Source of the DNA: the human T2T-CHM13v2.0 reference genome, Homo sapiens
NCBI RefSeq assembly: GCF_009914755.1
Contig: NC_060946.1
Direction: 5' to 3' (one strand)
Length of the DNA: 64,000 bases
In this document: positions 45,102 through 63,720 of the stretch, piece after piece
Position numbering within the stretch: position 1 is the stretch's first letter
Layout of the letters: the number at the start of each line of letters is the position of its first letter
Position numbers and translations under genes: made by a program
Notes under the pieces: generated by a model
The model's input: the letters and a program-made list of their open reading frames with translations, nothing else
Database searches by the model: none
Told to the model about the DNA's origin: nothing

Positions 45102-48100
45102 GTGAGTTCCTCACGCCACGTGCGTGGGCACACCTGCACGGGGGAGGAAAACCATAGACGAGTAGGGGATACAAAACAGAAGTTGGGAGGGAGGAGTGGA
45201 TAGTTTTGAGTGTATCAGGTGCACTTGTGGTTCACGCGGATCCTGCACCCGAACAAACTCCATCCCCTCCTCCTTCCTGAATGCATACTGTTAGTGTTTG
45301 GAATGGAATTGGGTTGAGGATGGTCTTGTGAGGGATGGGAGGTGGTTTGTTCCTTTGGTTCTAGAGCAATGTGTTTGTGAAGTACAGCTTGTGAGTTGAA
45401 GGAAGATGCTTCAGGCAGTAACCTCCTTGCTATGTGCTCTCTCCATGCCGGGCAGTGAGGATGGCATAAAAGCCGGAGTCATCTCTAGCGCCCACATCGG
45501 ATGCTGTTAGCAGGGACTGATTTATGTCTTGGGCATTCCCCGCCACCCCACTGATCCTGTTCTGGAGGGGTTATATGACACGTTTGTGAAACCTGAGATA
45601 TGCTAGCTGCTCCTAGGCCATAGAAGTGTCAGGTTTGCTTGCTAACCAGCAGTCCTGAACACAAGTCACAGCAGGTGAGAATAGGAATTAGAAGGAAGTG
45701 AGGCGACAGGCAGTTGTGACTCAGTGGGCCACCGAAAATCAACTGCATGGAGATTTTATCTGGGGGTGAAGCAGAGCCACACCCGTTCTGATCTGCCTGG
45801 CTTTGATGGGAGGCTTCACCCATGATTATTCACCACCAGGCTCCTCCATGGTGGTAACCCAGCCCCATTTGCTGACCCTCCAGTGTGCTCCTGCTGCCTC
45901 ATCTTGCCAAGGATAAGCACCCACAGGTGCTTATTTGGGGCTCCCAATCTGTGGTCAGATTCTAGCACTAAGATTAAAACTATGGGATTGTACGCCTAAC
46001 TTCTGTGCTAGATGCAAATACCATCAGGCATTTTGGGTCATGGGACTATGTTTTGAGATCCAGACACAGTTTGCCATTGGGGTAAGGAAAGGGTGGGCTG
46101 GGGTGTGTGTGTGAGGCTGTCGGGAATCTTTTGGAGTCCTGGTCCCTGTTAAGCTCATCTGGTTTTCTGCTTCATTGATTTTTCTTTTTCTGCTGATGGA
46201 GGAGTTGAATGTGCTTGGTTTGTCAAAATCCTCTTCAAACGAGTGAGGCTATTTTTGGCTCTTAGAGCTGCTGCCTTTTTGTGGTGGGCACTCTGTCCTG
46301 TTTGTGTTAGGTACTTCCAGTTACTGATCTTCCATTTGCAGCTGGGGTTTCCTGTGGTGCACGGCTCCGACCTGCCGTCTGGCCGGGCTGCATTCCCTAA
46401 GTCCCTATGTGGGGGCGGGGTGGAAGGCTGTACTATTCAGAAGCCTGCTTTGCAGGCACATCAGCTCGTTCGGGGTCTGGAGGATTGCCTTGTGGTTACT
46501 GGGCACCAGCCTTGTCTGGCCAGCTGTTGGTCAGGCGAGCCAGCTTGAACTGGCCCTCAGTGCCATGGTGCAGGAGAGTTATTAATAAAGAAGAAAATGA
46601 GAGGTTTTTAGGGAGATGTGCAAATTGAAATTGATAGTCTTTGCTGGTGGAGAATTCTGGGTTTCCAGAACCTTGGGCCCAGCCTTTCCTACAGCTCCTG
46701 TAGACTTGGCCATGTTGGCCACATCACTAGACGCCGAATGCAAGTCAGTAAATGAATATAGGAATTATTATAGAGGGATGGAAAGCCCAGTGCCTTGAGT
46801 CAGACAGGGCAGGTCCTCAGGAAATGGCTGAGGAGGTAATTTTACCACTTGGACCCACTTTTAGGACTTGCTGGATTCTTCTCCGAATGTCCTCAAGGTC
46901 CCACAGTCTCTTTCCCATTAGGTTTTATTTTTTCCCCCTTAAATGTTTTGTTTGTTTTTTGTTTTTAAGAGACAGCGTCTGGCTCTGCCATCCAGGTTGG
47001 AATGCAGTAGTATGATCATAGCTCACTGCAACCTCAAAACTCTTGGGCTCAGGTGATCCACCACAGCCTTTTCAGCAGCTGGGACTGCAGGCTCAAACCA
47101 CTATACTGGGCTAATTTTTAATTTTTTTTTTTTGTAAATACAGGGTCTTGCTGTGTTGCCCAGGCTGGTATCAAACTCCTGGGCTCAAGCATTCCTCTAG
47201 CTTCAGCCTCCTGAGTAGCTGGGGTTACAGGGATGAGACACCTCACCAGGCCTCTTAGACGTTTTTAGTAACTAAGGTCACTTAAACATTTTTAAAAGGG
47301 ATTATTTTCCCTCAGACAGTTTTTCTTTTTTAAGACTTAATTTTTTTAGAGCTATTAGGTTCACAGCAAAATTGATCGGGAAATATAGCAATTTCCCACA
47401 TACTCCCTACCCCTACACCCCCACAGCCTCCCCAGTTAACATCTCCCACCAGAGGGGCATGTTTGTTACAGTCCATGAACCTACCTGCATTGGTGCCTCA
47501 TTATTACCCAAAGTCCAGAGTTTACATTTGGGTTCACTCTTGGTGTTGTACAGTCTATGAGTTTGGATCCTGTTATGTTTTAAAACTCCTGCTTCTTTTA
47601 GCCCTGGGCACCTTGACACTCTGCCTAGCAGTTTCCCCTGACGTGGGTCCATGTATGGCAGGCATGGAAAGAGGAATCCTCACTGGCTCAGCCATCTGTC
47701 TCTGCCTGTTTACTGATGTTCTTTAGAGGGCTGTGGAGCCTGCTGGTCTGAAAAGGAACAATGAGGAAAATCACTCATGGGGGTGGGTGGGGGGAGGAAG
47801 TCACCCTAATGCTCCGCAGTGGCAGATGTGGTGACCCAGATCTAATAACCTCGGAATCAGTCTGTTTGGATGAATGGACCGTCCCATTTCCAAGTTGAGG
47901 GCCCCTCAAGGGAGGGGGCTGAAGCCATCCCTGGGCACGGTGACAAAGTGCTTCCCATAGGGCCCCTCATGGGCTCATCTGTCGCCCTGGGGTGGGGCTG
48001 CCCATTTACAGGTAAAGACACAACTGGGAAGCGGCAAGGCTGGGATTCTGGGTCTCTGTGTGAATGCAGAGCTGTTCCGTTTGGCACGTGGTGGCCCTGC

Positions 48101-48245
48101 GGTGTTCTTCCCACTACCCCACACTGCTACCTGCAAAGCACAACTGGGGAGGTTCAGGGCGTCCTTCCAGTCTTTGCACCCTGGGCCCGCCTGTGGGGGT
48201 AATGATAGACGGCTGTGAGCCCTGCTGTAAAACTATGCAGAACCC

Positions 48246-48890
48246 GGCCGGGCGCGGTGGCTCAAGCCTGTAATCCCAGCACTTAGGGAGTCCAAGGCGG
48301 GTGGATCACAAGGGCAGGAGATGGAGACCATCCTGGCTAACACGGTGAAACCCCGTCTCTACTAAAAATACAAAAAATTAGCCGGGTGTGGTGGCCGGCG
48401 CCTGTAGTCCCAGCTACTCGGGAGGCTGAGGCAGGAGAATGGCGTGAACTAGGGGAGGCGGAGCTTGCAGTGAGCCGAGATCGCTGGGCTGCACTCCAGC
48501 CTGGGCGACAGAGCGAGACACAGTCTCAAAAAACAAACAAAAAACTATGCGGAACTCACAGAAGGAGAGTGTGGTTCTCTCTGTTTTTTTTGTTGTTGTT
48601 GTTTTTTTGAGGCGGAGCCTCGCTCTGTCGCCCAGGCTGGAGTGCAGCCCAGCGATCTCGGCTCACTGCAAGCTCCGCCTCTCGGCTTCACACCATTCTC
48701 CTGCCTCAGCCTCCTGGGTAGCTGGGACCACAGGCGCCCACCACCACACCCAGCTAATTTTTTTGTATTTTTAGTAGAGACGGGGTTTCACTGTGTTAGC
48801 CAGTATGGCCTCGATCTTCTGACCTCGGGTTCCGCCCGCCTCAGCCTCCGAAAGTGCTGGGATTACAGGCGTGAGCCACCGCGCAAGGCG
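48246..48890. mobile_element. Tail-to-tail inverted AluY pair (48246-48544 +, 48583-48890 -)
   Basis: AluY diagnostic positions in both; separate TSDs aaaactatgc(a/g)gaac and agtgtggttct. Confidence 0.92.
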
Positions 48891-49248
48891 GATAGTGTGG
48901 TTCTTGCGATCTGGGAACTTACAAGTTACCGGAAGAGAGGGAGAGGCACACATGTATGTGCTCAAGGGAAGTGAGATCAGAGAAGCTTCCGGAAATGGCA
49001 GGACTGAAGAGGACTTGATCAGTCACCAGAAGTTGGAGGGCAGAGAGTAGCCGTTTGCCCTAAGGAAAAATGGCAGCAAAGGCCTGGGGCCACCCACGTC
49101 TGCCTTGTGATTCTAGGCTGTGTGCTTTTCTTTAAATGGTAAAATATGCTTAACTTAAAATTTACCATTTTTGTAACTTTTAAAAAGTTTGGTAAAATGC
49201 ACATAACAAAAGTTACTGTCTTAACCCTTTTAAATTGTTTCTTTGGGT

Positions 49249-49273
49249 AAGGCCAGTCAAGTGAAGCAGGGGA
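49249..49273 (-). pseudogene. 5'-truncated Y3 RNA retrocopy fragment within an old L1
   Basis: aaggccagtcaagtgaagcag matches the reverse complement of the hY3 3' end (CTGCTTCACTTGACTAGCCTT) at 20/21; TSD-like TTAACC(C/A)TTTT at 49221 and 49279. Confidence 0.6.
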
Positions 49274-49612
49274 ACATTTTAACCATTTTTATCCATACAG
49301 TTCTGTGGTGTTGACTACATTCACATTGTTGTACGACCATCACTACTGTCCATCTTGAACTTTTTCATCTTCCCGACTGAAGCTCTGTACCCAGTGAATA
49401 ATAACTCCCCATTCCCTGCCCCCAGCCCCTGGCACTGCCATTCTCCATCTGTGTCTCTGAATTCAGCTATTATAGATACCTCATGTAAGTCCAGTCCTGT
49501 GGCATTCGTCTTTTTGTGATTGGCTTATTTCACTGAGTGTAATGTTACCAATGTTCATCCATGTGATGGCAGAAATTGTGTGGATTTTTTTTTTAATGGA
49601 GTTTCACTCTAG

Positions 49613-49972
<360 letters not shown>

Positions 49973-51772
49973 TAGCACATACTGGAAGAGCCCTTCCTCC
50001 TTTTCATAGCCCATGGGGTCAGGACTGGGGACTTTTACTGATCATTGGAAAGTGACTTATCAATTACTCGGTCTTTTTCTCATTTCATCCCTGTAGTTTA
50101 CTTTCTGAGGATCTTTTTTTTTTAAGTGGCTTAAAATACTTTTTTTTTTTTTTTTTTTCACAGTTCTCTGGTTGGCTAGGCAGTTTTCCTGTTGTGGGCC
50201 CACTGGGCTGAAATAGGACGGTCTAGTTAGCCTCACCCACACATTCTGTGATTGCAGGCTGATTGACATTGGGGAGGAGGGGCTGTCTTATTTGTGTTGC
50301 AGCTGGCTCGATATCAGTTGGGACAGCAGACGTTTCTCCTTCTCTTTCTCTCTCTCTCTCTTTTTTTTTTTTTTAATAGAGATTGGATCTCCCTATGTTG
50401 CCCAGGCTGGCCTCGAACTCCTGGGCTTAAGCAATCTACCCACCTCAGCCTCCCAAAGTGCTGGAATTACAGGCGTGAGCCACCACACCCAGCCTCCTCC
50501 TTTTTCTTTTTTTCCCCCATTGAGACATAATAATTGTACCTATTTAGAGGGTGTGATATTTTGATACATATCTGCAATGCATAATGATCAGATTGAAGTG
50601 ATTAGCATATTCATCACCTCAAACACATTTATTATTTGTTTATGCTGGGAGGTCTGAGGAATTCTTGATTCAAACACCCAGCCCAATGTGCCTGTCAACT
50701 TTCTTCCAGGTGTCAGTTGTGAGACGGGACAGATCTTGTGTTTCTTCATGGACTTCATGTGAGTGGCTGCCCTGTGTTTTCACATTTTTATTAAGCAGCT
50801 TAATTTGCCCTTTGAATTCCGGTGATGAGTTGGCGCCAGAGTGACCACTGCATTGTTTTTCCCTTGGGTGATGGGCTGGACTGGCAACCAGTTTGAGTGA
50901 GTAACTGTGGGGCAGAGAAAGGTCACCTGGGCCTGGAGTTGGCTCCATCGTCATCTCTTAAGGCCAGAGCCTCGTGGCCACCTCTCAGTTGAGTACAGGC
51001 TCCTTTCCATGGATGGAGACAGAGTGGGCAGATCTGGGTGGAGTCTGAGGCCGCTAAAGGCATCAGCAGCACAGAAGCAGAGTCTAGATCAAATTTTACA
51101 AGCGTTCTCTGGTTCAGGAAGGCTGACTTGTTTTGGGAACAGAATGGAGCATTCTGAAACATTTCACTGAAGAAGGAGCTGGGAGTGCTGTTGATTTGAC
51201 TGGGTTCAGGGGAGCATGCCTTATCCATGACTCCCTTTTGCTTAGTTTGTTGCTTCTAGCTTTATAGCCTCCTTCCTTCCTTGGTTGGAAGTCCTGTGGC
51301 TGGGAGGGCTTGTGTTTGTGACTGCTAACCTCACCAGGACAAAGAGCCCAGGTGAGCTATGTGCTTGAGCACACTTGGGAGAGGACACAGCAGTGCATGA
51401 GGCCCAGGCTGCAGCTCACCCCTGTGGTTTGAGAGGGTCCCCTGTTTAGAGTGAATGAATGGGCATCTTGGAAGCTTTCTCAGGTTACCAAAGAGTAGGT
51501 CTGAGTTTTGGCTGAGGCTGCTGCTTTTTGGGTCAAGACTCGGGGTGGTGGTGGATTAAATTAACTATGAACCCCAGGGAATATCTTGACCCTGACTGGA
51601 ATACAACTGTTGTGGCTCAAGTAGGTTTTTTTTTTCCCCTTTTGAAAAGTGTAGTTATTTTAATTAAAATACAATATCCATGTAACATGTTAGAAGTTTG
51701 TTATTTTTATTATTGTAAAATTCATGTTATATTTTTTATTTTTTCAAGACGGGGTCTCACTCTGTCACCTAG

Positions 51773-51871
<99 letters not shown>

Positions 51872-52299
51872 TAATTAGCCTAGCTAATTTTTGTATTTTT
51901 AGTAGAGACAGGGTTTCACCATGTTGGCCAGGCTGGTCTTGAACTCCTGACCTCAGGTGATCTGCCCCCCTCAGCCTCCCAAAATGTTGGGATTACAGGC
52001 CTGAGCCACTGCGCCCGGCTAAAATTTATATTATAAGATGCACCATTTTCTCCATTTTTAAGTGTACAGTTCAGTGGCATTAAGTACATCACCTTGTTTT
52101 GCAACCATCACCACTTGTCAATTTCTAGAACTTTTTCATCTTCCCAAACTGAAACTTCATATCCATCAGACTTTAACTCCCCATTCCCCCTCATCCCCAG
52201 CTCCCGGAAGCCACCGTTCTACTCTGTCTCCATGATTTTGCCTCTCCTAGATGCCTCGTGTAAGTGGAGTCTTATAATATTTGTCCTGTGTCTGGCTGA

Positions 52300-52635
<336 letters not shown>

Positions 52636-52789
52636 TAGGCATGAGCCACCGCTCCTAGCCTAGCCCTCTCAGTCTTAAGACTGAGTTAACTCCCAGCTCT
52701 GATCCGTCACAAGGGTGTTCTCTTCCGGAAAACACCCGTTAGCAATGGCGATCTTCCCTGGGCCTTCACGCCCTTAGCTTTGAAGTGGC

Positions 52790-53503
<714 letters not shown>

Positions 53504-56500
53504 ACTTGGTGAGTCCGTTACTGGGCAGCAGAGGAAAGGGCTGCCAGGCAGAGGGAGATGGTGTTTGTGCCGGCTCCCTCAGACGTGTTAGGAGGAGTGT
53601 GAGCCAAGCGTCATGTGGTTTTAGGCAGCCTAGAGGGGCCTAGAGGACACTGAGCCAGGCATCAGGAGGGCTGCGTGCTAAAACTTCGTGTGCTGCCATC
53701 TCTCTCCACATCCAAAAAGTAGGGGTGGGAACAGGTCATTGCTAAGGTTCTTTCGTTAGCTTCTTTAATTTTTTTCTTTAAATTTAAAATTTATTACCTT
53801 TTTTTTTAATAGATAAAGGGTCTCGCTCTGTTGCCCAGGCTGGAGTATAGTGGCATGATCATAGCTCACTGTAGCCACAAACTCTCGGGCTCAAGCGATC
53901 CTCTCTCCTCAGCCTCCTGAATACCTGGTACTACAGGCGCGTGCCACCATGCCTGGCTAATTTTTAATTTTTGTTGAGACAGGGTCTTGCTTTGTTGCCC
54001 AGGCTGGTCTCAAACTCCTGGCCTCAAACGATCCTTCCCGCCTCGGCCTCCCGAAGTGCTGGGAATAATTATAGATGTGAGTTACTGCACACAGCCTGAA
54101 TGTATTATTAACACAACTTTTTCCATCTCTTTTCTGTTTATCTTGGTTTATGTCTCCCTTATTAAAAACGAAGGCAACCACCTCTCCCTATCCAATCGCT
54201 CAAAGGTATTTATTGAGCATCTACTTTGTGCCTGGCACTATCTTCATGGAAATCCTTTCTTCCTTATTCATTGATTTATGGAAAGGCTGATCTCCAAGGG
54301 CCTTGTCTTTAAAACAACAACAAACAAACAAAACCTTTCTAATGTCAAAGCATTTTCCCCTGCGTATCTTTCTTTAACGGTATATTTGCAGCTGTTTCCT
54401 GTTAATCCTTTGTCTATCTGGCTTCCTTTTTAGGGTGATGGGATCCTTAAGCACAGAGTATGCCCTGCTGTAGTGTCCTGCAGGATGGGCCACACTCTGG
54501 CCCTTTAACAGTGTTTGATGTGACGATGCACCTGAGCCCATGGAGGTCTGTGTCTCGGGCCCCGTGGGTGTTTGCAGATTGAAGATGGAATGATACACAC
54601 CATCTCTGAGATTTTTATTTGCTCAGACCTTCCCCTGTTCTGGCCCAACCCCGCTTAATCATGTCTAATAAGTGGTGGTGGGTTTTTGGGGGCCTAGTGA
54701 TACAGGTGGCCCGGCGATGAAACGTTGGCTTTGGAGATTATCCCGCTGGTTCTGTTTCCTTCTTTGCTGGTGATTGGTACTCCCTGGCTCACCCTTAGAG
54801 AACTTCCCGAATCCTCAGACTGGGGCCTGCTAATTAGCTGTCTTGGGTTCTAGCTCTCACTGCCACGACTTTGCAAAATGACTATAGATGTGGATGGTGG
54901 CTGGTGCCCATGGGCAGAGCAATCAGCACATTCATAGACCCACCTTCCTGGGGCTGGGGTGTGAAGACCGGACACCCCACTGAAGTAGTAAATATGACTT
55001 TCATGGAGGCTGCTTCATGGGCCCTCGAAAGTTTCTTGTAAAGTGGCTGGAGCAGGATTATAATTATACTCCCTCCACTGATTGAGTCTGAGGGGGTATG
55101 AGACACTCTGGCCTGGAGTAACCTGCCCAAGGTCAAGTGGTTGGTGGAGGGGCTGGCGCTGCCTCTCTCCTCAGACTGAGTGGTTGTGTTAATCACATGA
55201 GAGCAGACACAGAATGACTTTGCGGAGGTGGAGGAGACCTGGATCATTTGCTCAGCAAACCGGTTTTGGGCACCTGCTGTGTTGGGCACAGATGGTGCTC
55301 AGTACAGTCAGGCAGGCCTTCCAGCAGGTCGGCTTTGGTCTGGTGGGAAGACAGCCTCATTAACCTAAGTGCCATGATAGAAATCAACTGACCCCAGCCT
55401 TTAGTCTGGGTCTTGAAGGTGTCAGCTGTCTAGGAACATGTTTCCCCTCTCATTTTGCAAATCTCCAAGATAGGGATTTCCTGACTCTTGATAGCTCCTT
55501 CTGGGACACTTTGGTAAGGCTTCTCCAGCAAGTTGTGTGGCAAGGGGCCCAAGAAGACAGAACTGTTGGAAGGGCGCTGCCCATCCATCTGCTTTTCCCA
55601 CCAACAGTCAAGGGCTGTGAATGCTGACCTGCTGCTGACAGTGGTCTGTTGTGCAGGTTCTGGGAGGGGCAGAGGGACGAGGTCTGGCTGGGAAGATGTA
55701 GCGGAGATACACAGAGGTAGCCGGCTGTGTGTGCACAGGGCCAGGTGCAGGGCCCAGAGAGCCAGGTGAGTGACCAGGGAGCACTGGGAAGGAACCATCT
55801 CCAGGCAAAGCCAGGACACAGCCAAGGGGACCCCAGAAGAAGAGAGGGGAGCCTTGTGCAGCAGCCACAGAGAGAGAGAGCCAGGCAGAGCAAGGAATTG
55901 AGCAGCCCGGGGAGATCCTCTACTCAAGTGCCACTGTTGGCTCAAGAAGAGTTTTTGAAGATTCACTTCACTTTAAAGGCCTGACATGCTTCCGTGTTTA
56001 AAGTGCTGCTGGGGTCAGTTTGTATGCCCGTAGAGTAGGGAGAGATTTTCTGCACATGACGAGGTATTGATGAGCATTCGAAGCAACCTACAGGCAACAT
56101 ATGTTGACAGTGCAGACTTTGAAGGGAAAAGATCTGGACTTGCCCAGAGACCTGGCACTTGCCACTGTGTGGTCTTGCACAGGGACTTAATTCTCCCTTG
56201 ACTTCTGTCAGCTGGAGAGGGTGACCCTTCCCCTTGGGGGCTTCGTGGGAGTAGCGGGTGCAGACCATCTGGCCTCCTGTCTGGTCTCATAGAGTCTCCT
56301 GTTCATGTATCTGATGTCAGTTGATTGAACATCACTTAGCAAAAAATCTTAAGAAGAAATGCATAATTTAGTATGGACATTTCACTCACTTGGCTCAGCC
56401 ATTGTATAACCAGTATGAGCTCCGGGGGGACCCTGGGGTGTGTCAGGGCCCTCATTCTCCTCCTATAATCCTCCTGGGCTGAGTGGAGTTCTTACATTTT

Positions 56501-57186
56501 GAAGGTTATGCAATGGACTGCATGTTTGGATCCATCTGCAAATTCCCCTTTTGGGGAGAGGCTGAGTTGCCCTGTGCTTGAGGGAGCTGGGCAGATGGTA
56601 CTTTGTGTAGCCTGCTGCATTTTGCAGAATGTCTTCTCTCACAGGGGTCCCTGTGGAGGAGTGACAGGAACCCTCTTAGCTGAGTGTTGGGAGGTTTTAG
56701 GTGGAGGGCTCAGGTCACCCGCAGGGGTCATTTGACTCCTACCTTATCTGGGTAGATAGGATCATCTTTGTCCCACAGTCCTTCCCAGTATTGTGAAGTG
56801 ATGCATTGGCGTGAGCCCAGGGGTGCCAAGGGTGGGCTGGCAATGCCCACATCCAGTTCTCTGTCCCTGAGGCACGGAGGTGGTTGTGCTGGGCTCAGAG
56901 CCGCCGTCTGACTGGTTGGAAGCCCTGCTCTGATTTTGTGAATCACCCTAGTTAAGTGGAAGCTCAGCGTAGCCTGTTCCCTCTGTGGGGGTGTGCAGAA
57001 GCACTGTTTATTTTTGCCCACATCTTAGAGTGATAAATGGAACTCATTTATGAATTTTGACTTCCAAAAGCTTTCCACTTTCTCCCTTAGGAACATGGAT
57101 AAAAATTGTCCACATTTGTTTTTGGAGACATGGATTGTTACCTGAAACCTACTTTTCAGATGTTCTTGATGTGAAAACTGTTGCCA

Positions 57187-58966
<1,780 letters not shown>

Positions 58967-59371
58967 CTAAAATGTACCATCTCAACCACTTCTCAGTGTG
59001 CAGTTTAGTAGTGTTAAGCCTCTAGTGTTTTATAAGTGGCAGAGTTGATGGGAAAACACTGATCTTCAGGAGGGGTTTTTTCAGTGCCAGCGTCCCTCTG
59101 GATGTGTAGGCAGATAAGAAGGTGGCTCGGACACAGTCCTTAAATAAGTGCCAGGAGCCAGCAGGCCAGGGTGGGAGCCGGGACAAGCAGGCACCTAAAG
59201 TAACGGTAACATAAGGCAGGTGGCGAGACTCTGTGGATGGATCAGTGCCAGGGGCTGTGCGGGAAGGGAAACCTTACATCTGTCCTGTTTCTTAGGGGAC
59301 GAGGTTGTGGAGGGGAGGGTATTCCAGGCAGGGAATGTGGGCAAGAACTCGGAGGCTTGAAGCATTCAGTA

Positions 59372-60403
59372 TAGTCGTCTCTCGATATCCGCAGGAAATT
59401 GGTTCCAGGATTCCCTTGGGCAGCAGTCCCCAGCCTCCTTTTTGACACCAGTGACCAGTTTCATGGAAGAAATTTTTCCACAGACTGGGGGTTAGGGGAT
59501 GGTTTCAGGATGGGACTGTTAACAGCTCAGATCATCAGGTATTAGATTCTCATGAGGAGCCTGCACAGCCTAGATCCCTCGCATACATAAGCCACAATAG
59601 GGCTTCTGCTCCTATGAGAATCTAATACTGCTGCCGGCCTGACAGGAGGTAGAGCTTAGGCAGTAATGGAGCAATGAGGAGCAGCTGTAAATACAGATGA
59701 AGCGTCACTCTCCGCCTACCGCTCACCTCCAGCTCTGCGGCCCAGTTCCTAACAGGCCACGGACTGATACCAGTTCATGGCCCGGGGGTTGGGGACCCCT
59801 GCCCTTGGGGATCCCAGAATCCTTGGATGCTCAAGTCCTTATGTAAAATGCCATAGCTAGCTTTTGCATATAACCTATACACATCTTCCTGTACACTTTA
59901 AATCATCTTGAGATTACTTATAATACAGTCATGCACCACATAACGACATTTTGGTTATTGATGGTGGTCCCATAAGATTATAATACTGTGTTTTTACTGT
60001 ACCTTTTCTACATTTGGTATGTTTAGAAACAGATACCACTGTGTCACAATTGCTTACGGTATTCAGTACGGTAACATGCTGCACAGGTTTGTAGCCTAGG
60101 AGCAATAGGCTGTGCCACGTAGCCTAGGTGTGTAGTAGGCTCTGTCGTGTAGGTTTGTGTAGGTACACTCTATGATGTTTGCATGAAGATGACATTGCCT
60201 AATGATGCATTTCTCAACATATCCCCTTTTAAGCAAGGTATGGCTTTATCTAATAAAATATAAATGCTTTGTAAATAGTTGTTACAGTGTATTGTTATTA
60301 CATTTATATTATTCTTATTGTTGGTTATTTCTTTCCAAATAGTTTCATTCTGAGGTTGCTTGAATCTGCAGATGTGGAACTTGAGGCTGTGGAGGGCCAA
60401 CTG
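59372..60403 (+). mobile_element. MER2 (Tigger-type) DNA transposon hosting MER1B (59421-59801) and a Tigger3a-like element (59926-60246)
   Basis: MER2 ends flanked by TA; MER1B has a perfect 8-bp TSD CCCTTGGG; the Tigger3-like piece begins TA|CAGTCATGCACCACATAACGAC. Confidence 0.82.
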
Positions 60404-61698
60404 TATGCTCAGAAAGTAGCAGGCTCTGGTTGGAGAGTTGGTATAAAATGTGGACAACAGGGAAGGTGAGGGATAGGAGAGTTGGGGTCATCCTATGTGG
60501 GTCTCCGAAGCCAGGCTGAGGGTGTTGTGCTTTCTTTGAGGATGATAGGGAGCCACTGAAGGTTGTTAAGCTGGAGAGGGGATGCCTTTGGAGCTTTGCC
60601 TTGGGAAGGTGAGTTTGGCAAAAGTGTGTGTGATGGTCCAGTGGGAGTCAGGTACCTGGAGCTGTTGTCTTGAGGGGCGGTGGGGAGGAATGGGGAGGGA
60701 TGGAGAGGACAAGGAATATGAGCTGATTCTGGGGAGGGGGTAACAGAAAGGGAGGCTGTATGAGCCTGGGGATGGTGAGCGCTGTGCTGGCAGGTTTCAG
60801 GGCCTTTCGGAGAGAGGACCAGGCCAGGAATGAAGAGGAAGGACAGAAGCGTGGGTTGCGGAGGGTGTGTGGAGTGGAGGGCCGGAGCAGGCCCTTGGGC
60901 CTTGCGTCCTGGGGGAGGTCACGTGAGAGAAAGAAGTGGGGGAGTTTATGTTGCGGAAAGGCTAAAAGGAAGTGACTGTTAGGAGGTTATGGGATAAAGG
61001 ACAGAAGCCAGGCTCCAAGTGAGTATAGGAGAGACCAGAGCACTAAATTGGACCACAGTGTCCAGCATTCTGGCAGCAGGGAGGAGGTGGGTGGGGATTC
61101 AGGATTAGGGTCCGAGTGCTCCCCGAGTGTCCACCGTCGGCCTGCTCTGTTCCGGGGCAGGGCCACATCTTTGTCCGTGTGCCGAGGAGGGGACTGGTGG
61201 GCTGGAGTCCCAGGGGGAGATTATTCCAAGTAGGGGCTCCAGAAAGGTGAGTGATGTGTTTGGGTCTATGGGAAGGTTGGTGACCCCCAAAGAGAGGTGG
61301 CTGGGTTACTGCTGAACAGCTATCAGGGTGATATGGCTTTGCAGGGGTCCAGTCCATGGGCCTGACATGTTGTAGCTATGCTTTGAAGGCATTTTCCTGG
61401 TGGGAGGCCACCGCAGGTAAGGGGAGTGAAAGGGTGGCTGTGGCGGCTGTTCCCTGTGGCTGGTGGCCATGGATAAGTGAAGAGGAACGTGATGCTGGGC
61501 ACCATGCTGGTGGTGCCTGGGGCAGAGCCTGGCCTTGTGGGGCTGTGGAGCAGGGTGAGGATCTGGGATCTAGGACTGCTATGCACCGGGCCGAATCGTG
61601 ATACCCAAGGGAGGCATCTTGTCGTGGAGCAGTTGCATGGGCCCGCCCTTGTTCCCTGGAGCAGCTGGTGAGGTACTGTTAGAATTTGGCCCTAACAG

Positions 61699-63720
<2,022 letters not shown>

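Noticed and set aside
43901-45139. 412-aa antisense ORF over BCR exon 1
   Set aside because: Mirror frame of a GC3-rich coding exon, which naturally lacks stops; non-ATG start and no domain similarity.
45102-45157. ORF-track extension of BCR to 444 aa
   Set aside because: Runs past the CAG|GTGAGT donor into the intron.
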